NCBI GenBank assembly: GCA_030637655.1
Contig: DAOWGI010000072.1
Location: 1-55,216 of the forward strand
DNA: 55,216 nt
Direction: 5' to 3'
From: a candidate division FCPU426 bacterium
GTDB lineage: Bacteria > Oederibacteriota > JAAXVQ01 > JAUVAV01
A model generated the notes under the pieces. It did not search any database and was not told where the DNA came from. It saw only the letters and a list, made by a program, of their open reading frames with translations. Of the stretch, positions 27,176 through 37,903 are shown piece by piece; positions within the stretch are counted from its first letter, which is position 1, and each line of letters starts with the position of its first letter. The position numbers and the translations under genes were made by a program.

Positions 27176-27940
27176 TCAGGCAAATCTTTTCTGTTTTCGA
27201 CAGACCGGACATTTGGCTGAAGGCGAAAAATGTACTATGCGCATTTTCATTTGCTTCGCGTTATAGATCAGTAACCGATTGAGCAATAAGTCTCCGATAG
27301 CCAGAAGATATTTTATGGCTTCAGTGGCTTGAATGGTCCCCATGATTCCTGGCACTGTTCCCAAAACCGTACCGGTTGCTTTGTCCGGCATTTTTACCGG
27401 ATGAGGTGATTCGGGAAAAAGACAGCGAAAACAGCCACACGATTGTTTGGGCACATACGTAAACGCCTGCCCCTCATAACCTGTAATACCCGCATGGCAA
27501 AACGCTTTACCGCTTGTCACACAGGCATCAGAAATAGCGTACTTTGATGAAAAATTGTCAGTGGCTTCAATGACAAAATCATACTGTGGCAGGATATCCA
27601 AAAGCTGTTGCTTATCCATATGGCAATTATAAGTTTCCAAGGTTACTTCAGGATTCAATTGATTAATTTTTTCAGCCGCAGATTTTGTCTTCATTTTTTT
27701 AACATCCGGGGTAAAATGCAATATTTGCCTGTTAAGATTAGAGACTTCTACATAATCAGAATCAACCAGACCCAGCCGTCCAATTCCGGCTGCTGCCAGG
27801 TAATAAGCTGCCGGCGAACCCAGACCACCCAGACCAATAATCAGCACTGAGCTTTTCCCCAGCTTTTCCTGACCACCAGGCCCTACTTCCGGTAATAGCA
27901 TTTGTCTGGCATAGCGTGCCTTTGAATCCGATGTGAGCAA
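27176..27940 (-). CDS. HesA/MoeB/ThiF-family adenylyltransferase
   Basis: RYARQM, GLGGLG, SNLNRQ, ATDN, CFRC and CPVC zinc motifs. Confidence 0.93.
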   Translation of the reverse strand: MLTSDSKARYARQMLLPEVGPGGQEKLGKSSVLIIGLGGLGSPAAYYLAAAGIGRLGLVDSDYVEVSNLNRQILHFTPDVKKMKTKSAAEKINQLNPEVTLETYNCHMDKQQLLDILPQYDFVIEATDNFSSKYAISDACVTSGKAFCHAGITGYEGQAFTYVPKQSCGCFRCLFPESPHPVKMPDKATGTVLGTVPGIMGTIQATEAIKYLLAIGDLLLNRLLIYNAKQMKMRIVHFSPSAKCPVCRKQKRFA

Positions 27941-27971
27941 AATGACGTTTTCCTTCTATTCCTGTTTTTTA

Positions 27972-28526
27972 TTAAGAAACATCATCCCAGGTTATGGTCC
28001 ATTTCCATTGCTTCGGATTCAGCTCCTCTTTGTTAACCCGAATATTCTGCAGGCCTGTGAATTCCACAATACCTTGAATATACCCGCAGCCCACTTCACG
28101 CATAACCGGAGGCAACTCAGGAAAGCTTTCTACCATAAAATGGGCTTCATTCTTATCCTTGATTTTTTTCACCTTCGCAATTCCGACATTGTAAGAAACA
28201 CGCCACATTTTGGGAGCTTGACTGATTAAAAATGGAATTGTGGCAACTTTCAGTAGTGTCCGGTAAATACCGGTAAAATTGTATCTGGCCCGTTCTCTGC
28301 CCAGATGCTGCAAGCCCCGGACGTCTCCGGGATACAACAATTCCGCCGCCACAGTATATAATTCCGCGGCACTCTCAGCCGGAATCCAGTGTCTATTCTG
28401 AGCATGCTGATACACCTCCAACTGTTCCGGCGTGAGACTGACAAGCAGCTTTCTTTCAACGGTTTCGCCATGCGCTTGCACAATTTTTCTTAGAAAAACA
28501 ATACCAACGCCCTTATAGTTCTTCAT
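27972..28526 (-). CDS. Hypothetical protein (V4R/H-NOX-like, DUF2378-like)
   Basis: KG.G start, a WIP motif, LGRERA, PKMWRVSYNVG, GYIQG and a terminal ITWD, typical of this small ligand-binding-like family. Confidence 0.55.
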   Translation of the reverse strand: MKNYKGVGIVFLRKIVQAHGETVERKLLVSLTPEQLEVYQHAQNRHWIPAESAAELYTVAAELLYPGDVRGLQHLGRERARYNFTGIYRTLLKVATIPFLISQAPKMWRVSYNVGIAKVKKIKDKNEAHFMVESFPELPPVMREVGCGYIQGIVEFTGLQNIRVNKEELNPKQWKWTITWDDVS

Positions 28527-28938
28527 AATCAAACCTCTGAAAAATTATTATATTCAACTTTATGCCCGGTAATCAAATTGCCAAGCCTGTCTTAATTATG
28601 CACATCGCATTGTAACCCATTCCCCTTTATTTTAGCCTATTATTTTCAACCGTCTTTAAAATTATTTTTTTCAATGTATTTGCTGTTTGGCTATATCTCT
28701 TTTTATTTGAAGTTTTTTCCATAGTCATATCAGATTACCTTTAGCGGAAACACAAAAATTCGCTTTCTTACTTCAGGGAAGCAGTGGAAGTATCGATACT
28801 TCCACTACAGAAGCATACATCATGTAATGCCGGGCAAAAGTAGTACTCACAATTTTATCACCGTAACTATTATTTTTTATTTCCATACTGCGCGTACGGA
28901 TATTTACGCCATTCTTGTATAGGTAGGAAGGATGTATA

Positions 28939-31227
28939 ATGGGGTTTAAAAAAAAAGTTACCAAGAAGTCGTCTCTCAAATTCCCTTCCGACCAGAAACG
29001 TTACCTTGCCAAACCTCAAGCCGAGACAGGTAAAAAAACAGCTGTTCTTACTGATGATTTTTTACAGACCTACCAGGAACTCAACCATCTCTTGCTCCTG
29101 GGCAGCGATCCGGAAAAGCTGTTGTCCCAAGTATGTAAAATTTTAACCGGAAACAAAGCCTTTTTTTATGCTTGGATCGCGCTCTTCAACAACAACACCA
29201 GAACGTTTGACAGATTTGCTCAAGCCGGACTTGTCAAAACTTTTAATTTAATCATCCGGCAAATTCAAACTGACCATCTCCCCATATGTCTAAAAAAAAC
29301 ATTACAGCAGAATAAAATGCATACTATCCGCGATCCCCTTTACAGCTGCCCCCCATGCCCACTGGTATTGGATCAGAATTACCAGTCCTGGTGTTTGCCC
29401 TTGCTGTATCGTAACCATTACTATGGCACTTTGGTCCTGGCAGTTTCCAAAACATTTAATGCGAACAAAACAAAGCTTGCTCTGATACAGGAAATCGCCA
29501 CCTGTATTGCCGCTGCTTGCTATCGGTTGGCGCTGGAGCAATCACAAACCGAAAACAAAGCCGCTTTATCTTCCAGTCAGGAACAAACCCAAAACTTATT
29601 TGCTTCTATGCTGGATGGCCTGGCTATCTTTGATGTGGTCTATGATTATAATGGAAAGGCTATCGATTATGTGTTACGTGATGCCAATCCTGCCTTTGCT
29701 CAGTACATGAAAATATCCACCCGCGCTGCGATTGGTAAAAACTCCGGTTTTTTCTTATCCCGCGGAATCACTCCCCACTTATATACTTTTCTTAAGGTAG
29801 CTGAAACCGGAACTCCAGCCACTTTTGAAGATTATTATCAATACCTGGATCAACATTTCCGCATTTCCGTATTCGCTCCTCAAAAAGGAAGCTTCATTGC
29901 TATTTACAGTAACATCTCAGAGAAAAAAAAGCTGGAATTCGCGCTAAGTGAAAAAGAAGAACGTATTCGCTTGGCTTTGGAAGCCGCCAATCAAGGCTTT
30001 TGGGAGTGGCAATTAAAAAACCAACGCATTCAAATCAGCCCTTCTTTTTTTTCCATGCTTGGTTTTACCCAGCCGAAGGATGCTTGTTTGCCTTTTGAGC
30101 ATTTGGAAAAAATGATTTCCCTCAAAGATAAAGATGCTGCTTTTACCACCGTTATGAAGCACATCCAAAAAACATCTGAAAATTTTGAAGTCGAGGTCCG
30201 TATGCATAATCGAGTACATGTCTGGCAATGGTTTTTAATTCGCGGAAAAGTCATTGAACGCGATATGCAAAACAATCCCGTTCGGATCGCCGGCACGTAT
30301 TTAAATATCACTGCGCGGAAACAATCCGAAGAATTGCATTATTTTCAGCGTGAATTCGCTTTGGACTGTTACCGTCTTTCCGATCTGGATGAATTCTTAC
30401 ATCAATGCCTCACCAATATTTTAACCATCTCCATCATTGATTGCGTCGGCATCTATATATTGGACGAGAACAACGGGTTACAATTGGCAGCCCACAAAGG
30501 ATTCTCCCCGGAATTTGTCAAAGCGACCTCGCATTATGCCTTTGGTACACCTCAGGCCCAATTGGTCATGCAAGGCAAAGCGATTTACACGCACCATGCT
30601 CAGCTGAAGTTCCCGAAGAACTCGGTTCGTGAACAAAAACTTATAAAAGCTTTTGCCATGATTCCTATTGCTAATCAAAAAAAGGTATTTGGTTGTATCA
30701 ATCTGGCTTCTCATACTTTGAACGAAGTGCCTAAATACCTCAGACAGGAATTGGAGATTTTCTCTGCCTATATTGGGAATATTATCTTGCGCATTAAAAC
30801 ACAAATCGAATTGACTCTAAGCGAGGAACGGTATCGCAACATTTATGATCACTCCCCCATAGGCATTGTGTTGCATGCTGACAACGGTCAGGTGATCAAT
30901 GTGAATCAAGCCTGTTTGGATATTTTCGGAACTCCCTCCTCGGACCATATACAAATGATCAATCTATTTGAAAATCCATTACTCAGCAGCAAAGAAAAAG
31001 CAACACTACTCAACGGCGAACCCGTTCGAAAGAATACCACTTTTGATTTCAAGCAAGCCGGCGCTCTGGGCATAAAAAAAACCAGTAAATTCGGCAAACT
31101 TCATCTGGAGCTTCATATCATTCCTCTCGGCAAATCTGTTGATCATCCCCCGACCGGATTTTTATCTCAAATCCAGGATGTGACCAAGCGCAAAGAAGCC
31201 GGAATTGCGCCGCAGGCTGAGCAGTAA
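28939..31227 (+). CDS. GAF-PAS-PAS-GAF-PAS sensory protein with no output domain
   Basis: GAF (AWIAL...LPLLYRNHYYGTLVL), PAS (DANPAF; GFWEW...NITARK), GAF (IPI...FGCINL), PAS (VNQAC...QDVTKRK), then a stop. Confidence 0.85.
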   Translation: MGFKKKVTKKSSLKFPSDQKRYLAKPQAETGKKTAVLTDDFLQTYQELNHLLLLGSDPEKLLSQVCKILTGNKAFFYAWIALFNNNTRTFDRFAQAGLVKTFNLIIRQIQTDHLPICLKKTLQQNKMHTIRDPLYSCPPCPLVLDQNYQSWCLPLLYRNHYYGTLVLAVSKTFNANKTKLALIQEIATCIAAACYRLALEQSQTENKAALSSSQEQTQNLFASMLDGLAIFDVVYDYNGKAIDYVLRDANPAFAQYMKISTRAAIGKNSGFFLSRGITPHLYTFLKVAETGTPATFEDYYQYLDQHFRISVFAPQKGSFIAIYSNISEKKKLEFALSEKEERIRLALEAANQGFWEWQLKNQRIQISPSFFSMLGFTQPKDACLPFEHLEKMISLKDKDAAFTTVMKHIQKTSENFEVEVRMHNRVHVWQWFLIRGKVIERDMQNNPVRIAGTYLNITARKQSEELHYFQREFALDCYRLSDLDEFLHQCLTNILTISIIDCVGIYILDENNGLQLAAHKGFSPEFVKATSHYAFGTPQAQLVMQGKAIYTHHAQLKFPKNSVREQKLIKAFAMIPIANQKKVFGCINLASHTLNEVPKYLRQELEIFSAYIGNIILRIKTQIELTLSEERYRNIYDHSPIGIVLHADNGQVINVNQACLDIFGTPSSDHIQMINLFENPLLSSKEKATLLNGEPVRKNTTFDFKQAGALGIKKTSKFGKLHLELHIIPLGKSVDHPPTGFLSQIQDVTKRKEAGIAPQAEQ

Positions 31228-31271
31228 AAAGCAGAAATTTTTCTTACTGTCGCTGGGAGCAACGTGTCTGC

Positions 31272-31610
31272 TTACCAGTCAGCCTTCCGACAGGCATACA
31301 CACGTACCTTTTCTATGGTTACCATCCCCTCCTGAAGCATGTCATCCAGCTGAGGTAAAAAATTTTCGATTTTATCGGCTTGATCAACTATTTCAATGAT
31401 CAGAGGTAAATCCTCTGAAATCCGCAGTATTTTCGCTGAGTGCATATGGCTGTGCGCACCAAAACCCAATAACCCTTTCAGCACCGTGGCTCCGGCCAAC
31501 CCTGAAACTCTTGCTGCTTCTACCACAGCTTCAGCCAATGGTTTTCCCTGATACCGGTCCTTTTCTCCAAAAAATATTCTCAACAATTCAGCGTCTTGTG
31601 GTGATTTCAT
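31272..31610 (-). CDS. DUF190 (PII-like) protein
   Basis: LLRIFFGEKD, GLAGATVLKG..GFG, SEDLPLIIEIVD. Directly downstream of crcB, the usual pairing. Confidence 0.92.
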   Translation of the reverse strand: MKSPQDAELLRIFFGEKDRYQGKPLAEAVVEAARVSGLAGATVLKGLLGFGAHSHMHSAKILRISEDLPLIIEIVDQADKIENFLPQLDDMLQEGMVTIEKVRVYACRKADW

Positions 31611-31623
31611 GATGAGCTCCTTT

Positions 31624-32001
31624 TTAAACCAAACGTCCAATGGCCAAACCCATAAATAAAAAGGCAAAACCAATTAGGTTCTGTATTGCTAAATTCCCCA
31701 AAGCCGGCAGCCATTCGGAATCCTGTAAAAGCGCATTGGTTTCAAATATAAATGTGGAAAATGTAGTAAATGCTCCCATAAAACCAATAAACACAATCGC
31801 TCTTATTTCTCCGGTAATCGCCATGCGAGCTTCCAAAATGGTCCAGAGTAGCCCAAAAACAAAACATCCGATCACGTTGACCACAACGGTTCCCCAGGGA
31901 AATGCACTGCCGGCCAGACGTTGTACTAAACCGGACAACCCATAGCGGCTGAGCGTTCCCAAAGCGCCTGCCATAGCCAACCAGAGTAATTTTGGCAACA
32001 C
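31624..32001 (-). CDS. crcB: Fluoride channel Fluc/CrcB
   Basis: GALGTLSRY, FPWGTVVVN, GFMGAFTTFSTF. GTG start at 32001 after AGGAG. Confidence 0.95.
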   Translation of the reverse strand: MLPKLLWLAMAGALGTLSRYGLSGLVQRLAGSAFPWGTVVVNVIGCFVFGLLWTILEARMAITGEIRAIVFIGFMGAFTTFSTFIFETNALLQDSEWLPALGNLAIQNLIGFAFLFMGLAIGRLV

Positions 32002-32314
32002 CGATTTTCTCCTTCTCAGGTCAATTACCCTGCGGCAAGCCGCAGGGCATGTTAAGGTGACCCTCACCCTTTATCCCTCTCCCTGGAAGGGAGAGGGTAT
32101 GCGGTATCCCCGTGGCAAGCCACGGGGCATTGCCTGTATGTGGTAAAGTGTATTGATTATGCCAATATCAGTATCTTTCCGTCAAGTCAGTTCCAGTAAA
32201 GTTTTGAAATATTTTATTACCTAATCAGCGTTTATTTGATATGATAAATAGGACGTATTGGTATAAGTTGATTATCACTGTTTTATAGATTTTTAGTTTT
32301 TCTCCGAGGATTCT

Positions 32315-34153
32315 ATGCGTCCAAAAAAAGTATCCACTTCCGTTCGTACTCACAAAAAAAAAGCCGCCTCAAGCCGTGCTAAAAAAGCAACCAACACAAT
32401 TTCCCGCAACCTTTTGTTGCCGGATAAATTATTACCTGCCTTCTTCCAAAATATTCAGCAAGAAGATTTAGTAATTTTATTTTCCCGCACCATCGAGCAA
32501 AGTCCGATCGCGATTATCATCACAGACAAGTCCGGTAGTATCGAATATGTCAATCCCAGTTTTGTTAAAATCGGCAATTGTCTTCCGAATCGTGTGGTTG
32601 GCAAAAAACTCATCGATATTCGCCAATCCGGCGTTAGCGCGGAGCTATATGCTAAAATCTGGAAGCTTATTCAAAACCACCGGTTTCGTCAAATTGAGAT
32701 TAAAATCCAGAAGCAAACCGGCAAAATTTTTCAGGAATCCGCTCGCATCCAACTTGTGCTCAATCACCATGGTCTTCCTTCCCATTTCATCATCTTCTTA
32801 GAAAATACTGCCGGACGTAAATTGTCCGAAGCTCTGATCGAACACATGGAGCATTACGATTCACTTACCGACTTGCCCAATCGCCGGCTTTTTAACCAAC
32901 GCTTACTCCAACATATTCGTGATGCGAAACAGCATAAACATAAAATCGGCATCGCTTTATTAGGTCTCGACCGTTTCAAAAAAATCAACAATACCCTGGG
33001 GCATGAAACCGGAGACTTGCTTATTCAGCAAGCGGGAAAACGTCTGCATCAAAATCTGAATCAACCTGACACCATTGCTCGGATGGGCGGAGATGAGTTC
33101 ATTCTGCTGCTGCCAAATATTAATAGTTTTCGCGAAATTTCCGCCAAAGCCAATTCCATTATGGCCTGTTTTGCCAAGTCCTTTACTATCGACAAACGCG
33201 AACTCCACATCAAAGCCAGCATGGGAATCAGTCTTTTTCCGGAAGACGGACAGAATTCCCTCGCTCTGCTTAAAAATGCCAACGCCGCGCTCAATGAGGC
33301 CAAACAATCCGGACGAAATGTATTTAAATTTTACACGGCTAAATTGAATGCCCTGGCAACCGAACAATTATCCCTGGAAAACGATCTGCGTCGGGCACTG
33401 GAGAATAATGAGTTTTTACTTTTTTATCAGCCACAAGTTAATTTCAAGACAGGAAATATAGTAGGTATGGAAGCCTTAGTGCGCTGGCAGCATCCACATC
33501 TGGGTCTGCTACCTCCGGACAAATTCATCCCCTTAGCCGAAGAAACCGGCATGATCGTTGCCTTAGGTCATTGGGTGCTGCGTACTGCCTGCCAACAAAT
33601 CTTGCTTTGGCATCAAGCTGGATTTCCACATTTGCGTATGTCCGTCAATCTTTCGGCACGGCAATTCCAAGAACCGGAATTGGTCGAGAGTATTCTTGGC
33701 ATTTGCAGTGAAACCGGATTAGATCCCCGCTTTTTAGAATTGGAGATTACGGAAAGTATATTTACCAAAGACATACATATCACCAACATGATACTCCAGT
33801 GGTTGCACAAAAAGGGCATTACTATCGCAATCGACGATTTTGGGACCGGATATTCTTCGCTCACCTATCTCAAACGTTTTCCCATCAATACTTTAAAAAT
33901 AGACAAATCGTTTGTGCAGGATTGTTTGATCAACCAGGATGACGCTGCCATCGTATCCACTATCACCTCGATCGCACATAATTTAAAAATGCATATCACT
34001 GCCGAAGGCGTGGAACAACAAGCGCAATTGAATTTCCTGCGCAATCTGGGATGTCATAATTTTCAGGGGTTTCTTTTTTCCAAACCCGTGCCTTATACTG
34101 ATTTCACAATATTATTGGTTGAAGGCCGTTCGTTGGATAACCCCACAGCATGA
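32315..34153 (+). CDS. PAS-GGDEF-EAL diguanylate cyclase/phosphodiesterase
   Basis: PAS (IEYVNPSF), DSLTDLPNR, GGDEF, EALVRW, DDFGTGYSS, LKIDKSFV. Confidence 0.95.
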   Translation: MRPKKVSTSVRTHKKKAASSRAKKATNTISRNLLLPDKLLPAFFQNIQQEDLVILFSRTIEQSPIAIIITDKSGSIEYVNPSFVKIGNCLPNRVVGKKLIDIRQSGVSAELYAKIWKLIQNHRFRQIEIKIQKQTGKIFQESARIQLVLNHHGLPSHFIIFLENTAGRKLSEALIEHMEHYDSLTDLPNRRLFNQRLLQHIRDAKQHKHKIGIALLGLDRFKKINNTLGHETGDLLIQQAGKRLHQNLNQPDTIARMGGDEFILLLPNINSFREISAKANSIMACFAKSFTIDKRELHIKASMGISLFPEDGQNSLALLKNANAALNEAKQSGRNVFKFYTAKLNALATEQLSLENDLRRALENNEFLLFYQPQVNFKTGNIVGMEALVRWQHPHLGLLPPDKFIPLAEETGMIVALGHWVLRTACQQILLWHQAGFPHLRMSVNLSARQFQEPELVESILGICSETGLDPRFLELEITESIFTKDIHITNMILQWLHKKGITIAIDDFGTGYSSLTYLKRFPINTLKIDKSFVQDCLINQDDAAIVSTITSIAHNLKMHITAEGVEQQAQLNFLRNLGCHNFQGFLFSKPVPYTDFTILLVEGRSLDNPTA

Positions 34154-34184
34154 AACCTTTCGCTATTGCAGGACTCCCGGGACA

Positions 34185-34943
34185 ATGATGGATCGTCCCC
34201 CGAAACCATCCGCTCCCAAAGAACGACTATCAAAAATAATGGCTGCTCGAGGACTCTGTTCCCGCCGGGAAGCCGATCACTTGATTCAAGCCGGTTGGGT
34301 ATTGGTCGACGGACATAAAATAACAGTCTTGGGATCAAAAATATATGCTCAGCAAAACATCTCCTTGTTGCCTGCAGCCCAACGGCAATTGCACAAAAAC
34401 GTTACTATCCTGCTGAACAAACCCGTTGGTTACGTGTCCGGTCAACCGGAAAAAGGATATCTTCCGGCCGTGCAGCTTATTACTCCGGAAACACAGTTTC
34501 GTGCTCCCGCCTCGAATCTTAATTTTCACCCAACGCAGCTGCAGCATTTAGCTCCGGCTGGACGGTTGGATATCGATTCCCAAGGATTACTGGTATTAAC
34601 CCAAGACGGGCGTATCGCTCGTCAGTTGATCGGCGCCAATTCAAGGCTGGAAAAAGAATATATCGTCCGAGTCACAGGCAACATTACAGCAACGCGAATA
34701 CAGCAATTGACCCATGGTCTCGTTTTGGATGAAAAACGATTGCGGCCGGCCAAAATCAAACATTTATATCCTGATGTGTTGCAAATCATTCTAACCGAAG
34801 GACGCAAGCGGCAAATCCGGAGAATGTGTCATGGGGTGGGGTTGGAGGTAACCAAATTAAAACGGGTACGAATTGGAAGAGTCAAACTCGGGGCTTTACC
34901 TCCAGGCAAGTGGCGTTACTTGAGTAGTAACGAGTCATTCTAA
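34185..34943 (+). CDS. rRNA pseudouridine synthase (RsuA/RluB/RluF family) with S4 domain
   Basis: ERLSKIMAARGLCSRREAD, LLNKPVG, GRLD, EGRKRQIRRM. Confidence 0.93.
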   Translation: MMDRPPKPSAPKERLSKIMAARGLCSRREADHLIQAGWVLVDGHKITVLGSKIYAQQNISLLPAAQRQLHKNVTILLNKPVGYVSGQPEKGYLPAVQLITPETQFRAPASNLNFHPTQLQHLAPAGRLDIDSQGLLVLTQDGRIARQLIGANSRLEKEYIVRVTGNITATRIQQLTHGLVLDEKRLRPAKIKHLYPDVLQIILTEGRKRQIRRMCHGVGLEVTKLKRVRIGRVKLGALPPGKWRYLSSNESF

Positions 34944-34949
34944 ACACCA

Positions 34950-35780
34950 TCAATGTTTTATTATAATTTTCAAAACATCACTCATTTCAGTTTCATCCCC
35001 TTTACGGTCCAAGGCGGTAATGACATATCGATAGGTTCCTTTTTTTAATTTATCCAAATACATATATGTTTTTTTAGTAGATCGCTTATTCAGTTTCTTA
35101 AATCGACCACGCTTCCCGCGTGCTTCATAAACGTGATATCGCCGCCACAGTATTCCATCCAGCCAGTATATAATCACTCCCTCACCGGCGCGTTTATACC
35201 TTGGTTTATCCGGCCTATCTCCCATGGTTTCGAACAATTTATTCATTTGATTAAAACCGATTTGCAAATTTTGTAACTGCAAATAACTATCTTCCAGCTG
35301 ATCCGAAAGCACCTGTTTGTCTCTTTGCAATGATTTCACTTGTTGTTCCATGACAGCTAAGGTAATTTGCCGGCTCTGAAAATGACCATACCAATAATAC
35401 GCCACACTGCCACCAACCCCCAAACCAGCCACCAGCGCCCCTAAAAATGCCGGCAGAAACCAGGCCGGTATTTTCTTTCTGGCTTTGGGTTCTTTATTTT
35501 CACCGCGAGTCCCAGCCGGCTTTGCTTTCCCTACTGTAATCGGCTCAAAAATGCGGTCCGGGATACTGTCTGAAGCAGATAATCGGGTAGCCTGCTCTGT
35601 TTTCAAATCCGGAGTCTCCGGTGTACTGTCAGAAGTTTCCGGCGCCTTCACCGGTTCCGGTTGTTCCGCCGGTTTTCCTGAAGCACAAGGCAGCTTTCCG
35701 TTTTTATCTTCCGACACCTCATTGTCATCCGCTTTATTAAAAAGCGTAATCTGAATGCGTTTTTTGTTTTCCTTCTTCAT
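34950..35780 (-). CDS. Single-TM protein with coiled coil and C-terminal FN3-like domain
   Basis: Disordered N-terminus, one TM, a Q/L heptad segment, and YRYVITALDRKGDETEMS FN3-like end. Confidence 0.7.
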   Translation of the reverse strand: MKKENKKRIQITLFNKADDNEVSEDKNGKLPCASGKPAEQPEPVKAPETSDSTPETPDLKTEQATRLSASDSIPDRIFEPITVGKAKPAGTRGENKEPKARKKIPAWFLPAFLGALVAGLGVGGSVAYYWYGHFQSRQITLAVMEQQVKSLQRDKQVLSDQLEDSYLQLQNLQIGFNQMNKLFETMGDRPDKPRYKRAGEGVIIYWLDGILWRRYHVYEARGKRGRFKKLNKRSTKKTYMYLDKLKKGTYRYVITALDRKGDETEMSDVLKIIIKH

Positions 35781-36049
35781 CAGCTGGTAAATATTCCTTT
35801 CTTAAAACTACGCACAGGCTTTTCCACAACCAAACTGAATTCAATTTTATAATATTACGTGATTTTAAACAATATGTAATATTAAAATACCCCGCCCAAA
35901 GTGGCATTTTGCCCGATTATTCCTTTTCAGGCCGGCCGGCATTTTTTTTATACTTATGTATTTACTCCCAACACGGTTCAACCGTTACTATTGACAGTAT
36001 ATAAAAGCAGACAGCCGACCAGCCGGCCGGTACCAGTACCGAGGAACTC

Positions 36050-37903
36050 ATGCTAACACGCAAAAAAAAAGTGACCAAATCAGCAAAAAAACGGCAAACC
36101 AGGACCAGTAGTATTAAAAATGCTGTTCAAGGTAATAATAAAATACCGGCCCAAAGGGCCACAACCACTCCGAATTTGAAGAACCTACTTGCCGCCGGAG
36201 ATAAATTATCAGTTTTATCTCAAGTCGCGGCACTATGTCCCGTAGCCGTGATTATTATCACCCAGGAAGGTATCATAAAATACTGCAATCACGCTTTTTA
36301 TTCCCTAACCAAATTTACTGCCAAGGATCTTTTAGAAAAAACCATTTCAGCCTTGAGTAACACCTTTAGGACCACTGTGATTTTTTCCAATATGCAAAAA
36401 GCGCTGCTGGCCAAAACCAATTCGCACACCAAACAACAAACCCGAAATAAATCCGGGAAAATTTATTGGGAATCCGAAACCATCCACCCTTTGCATCCAC
36501 CTAAAAAAAATAAATACTACATTGGTTTTTTGCAGGACATAACACCTTATATCCATTCTAAAAAAATGATTTCACATATGGCCTTTTATGACCTTCTAAC
36601 AGATCTCCCCAACCGCATTCTGTTCAGCGGCGAGTTGGATGCCACTCTAAAACATGCCAAAACCACCGGACAAAAACTGGCCGTTGTGCTTTTGGACTTG
36701 GATCGTTTCAAAACCATAAATGACAACTTAGGGCATACGATCGGCGACCAACTCATCCTAAACGTAGCTACCCGCTTACGCGACAAATTGGATTCTCATG
36801 ACACCTTGGCTCGCAGGGGCGGCGATGAATTCATGCTACTCCTTCCGCATATCCATAATTTCCAAGAAGTTTTCACTAAAATCCAATTTATTCGCGAGAT
36901 TTTCAAACAACCCTTCGAATTCAATCATCAGCGATTGCACATTAGTGTCAGCATGGGAATCAGTCTGTATCCTGAAGATGGGGAAGATACACAATCATTA
37001 ATCAAACATGCGGATTCAGCATTGTACGAAGCGAAAAATTCCGGTCGCAATCATCATAAACTCTATTCACCCAAATCAGACAAAAATGCCATGCATGACC
37101 TCGCCATTGAAATGGCACTGCGTCAAGCCCTCGAGCAGCACCATTTTCAATTGTTTTATCAACCCCAAGTCAGTTTCAAAACCGGCCGGATTATCGGGGC
37201 CGAAGCGCTGATTCGTTTGCATGATCCTGAACTGGGTATCATCATGCCGGATCGTTTTATCCCACTGGCCGAAGAAACGGGATTAATTGTGCCTGTGGGT
37301 GAATGGGTGCTACGCGAAGCCTGTGCCCAGACTGTTCGGTGGCAAAATTTAGGTTTTTCTGATTTTAGAATGGCTGTCAATATCTCTGTGCGCCAATTTC
37401 AAGAATCGGACTTGGCAGAAACCATTTTGCGCATCTGCCAGGAAGCCAACTTACCCCCCCAGGTATTAGAGCTGGAAATTACCGAAAGTATCTTGATGAA
37501 AGATATCAATATCGCCAAAATGATTTTACAATGGCTGCATAAAAAAGGAACTACCATTACAATTGATGATTTCGGCACTGGTTATTCCGCTTTAAAATTC
37601 CTCAAATGTCTGCCCATCAGCACCATAAAAATCGACCGTTCTTTTATCCGTGACAGCATCAATAATCCGGATGATGCTGCTTTAGTCACCACCATCTGCT
37701 CCATTGCGAAAAACTTAAACGTTAAAGTAATTGCCGAAGGGATTGAAACTGAACAACAATTGCATTTTTTGTATAGCCTGGGCTGCGATGCTTTCCAAGG
37801 CTATTATTTTTCGCGTCCAATTCCTGCAAAAGATTTCGTGGTATTGCTCCAGGAAAATCGTAGTCTGCCTATGGACAAACTCCGGTCCACCAGCAGCAGT
37901 TAA
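36050..37903 (+). CDS. PAS-GGDEF-EAL diguanylate cyclase/phosphodiesterase (paralog of 32315..34153)
   Basis: YDLLTDLPNR, GGDEF, EALIRL, DDFGTGYSA, IKIDRSFI. Confidence 0.95.
   Translation: MLTRKKKVTKSAKKRQTRTSSIKNAVQGNNKIPAQRATTTPNLKNLLAAGDKLSVLSQVAALCPVAVIIITQEGIIKYCNHAFYSLTKFTAKDLLEKTISALSNTFRTTVIFSNMQKALLAKTNSHTKQQTRNKSGKIYWESETIHPLHPPKKNKYYIGFLQDITPYIHSKKMISHMAFYDLLTDLPNRILFSGELDATLKHAKTTGQKLAVVLLDLDRFKTINDNLGHTIGDQLILNVATRLRDKLDSHDTLARRGGDEFMLLLPHIHNFQEVFTKIQFIREIFKQPFEFNHQRLHISVSMGISLYPEDGEDTQSLIKHADSALYEAKNSGRNHHKLYSPKSDKNAMHDLAIEMALRQALEQHHFQLFYQPQVSFKTGRIIGAEALIRLHDPELGIIMPDRFIPLAEETGLIVPVGEWVLREACAQTVRWQNLGFSDFRMAVNISVRQFQESDLAETILRICQEANLPPQVLELEITESILMKDINIAKMILQWLHKKGTTITIDDFGTGYSALKFLKCLPISTIKIDRSFIRDSINNPDDAALVTTICSIAKNLNVKVIAEGIETEQQLHFLYSLGCDAFQGYYFSRPIPAKDFVVLLQENRSLPMDKLRSTSSS

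Noticed and set aside
32002-32140. Fluoride riboswitch upstream of crcB
   Set aside because: Only generic repeat hairpins (CCCTGCGGCAAGCCGCAGGG, CCCTCTCCC..GGGAGAGGG) are present. The conserved GATGG...TRATGA core was not found.
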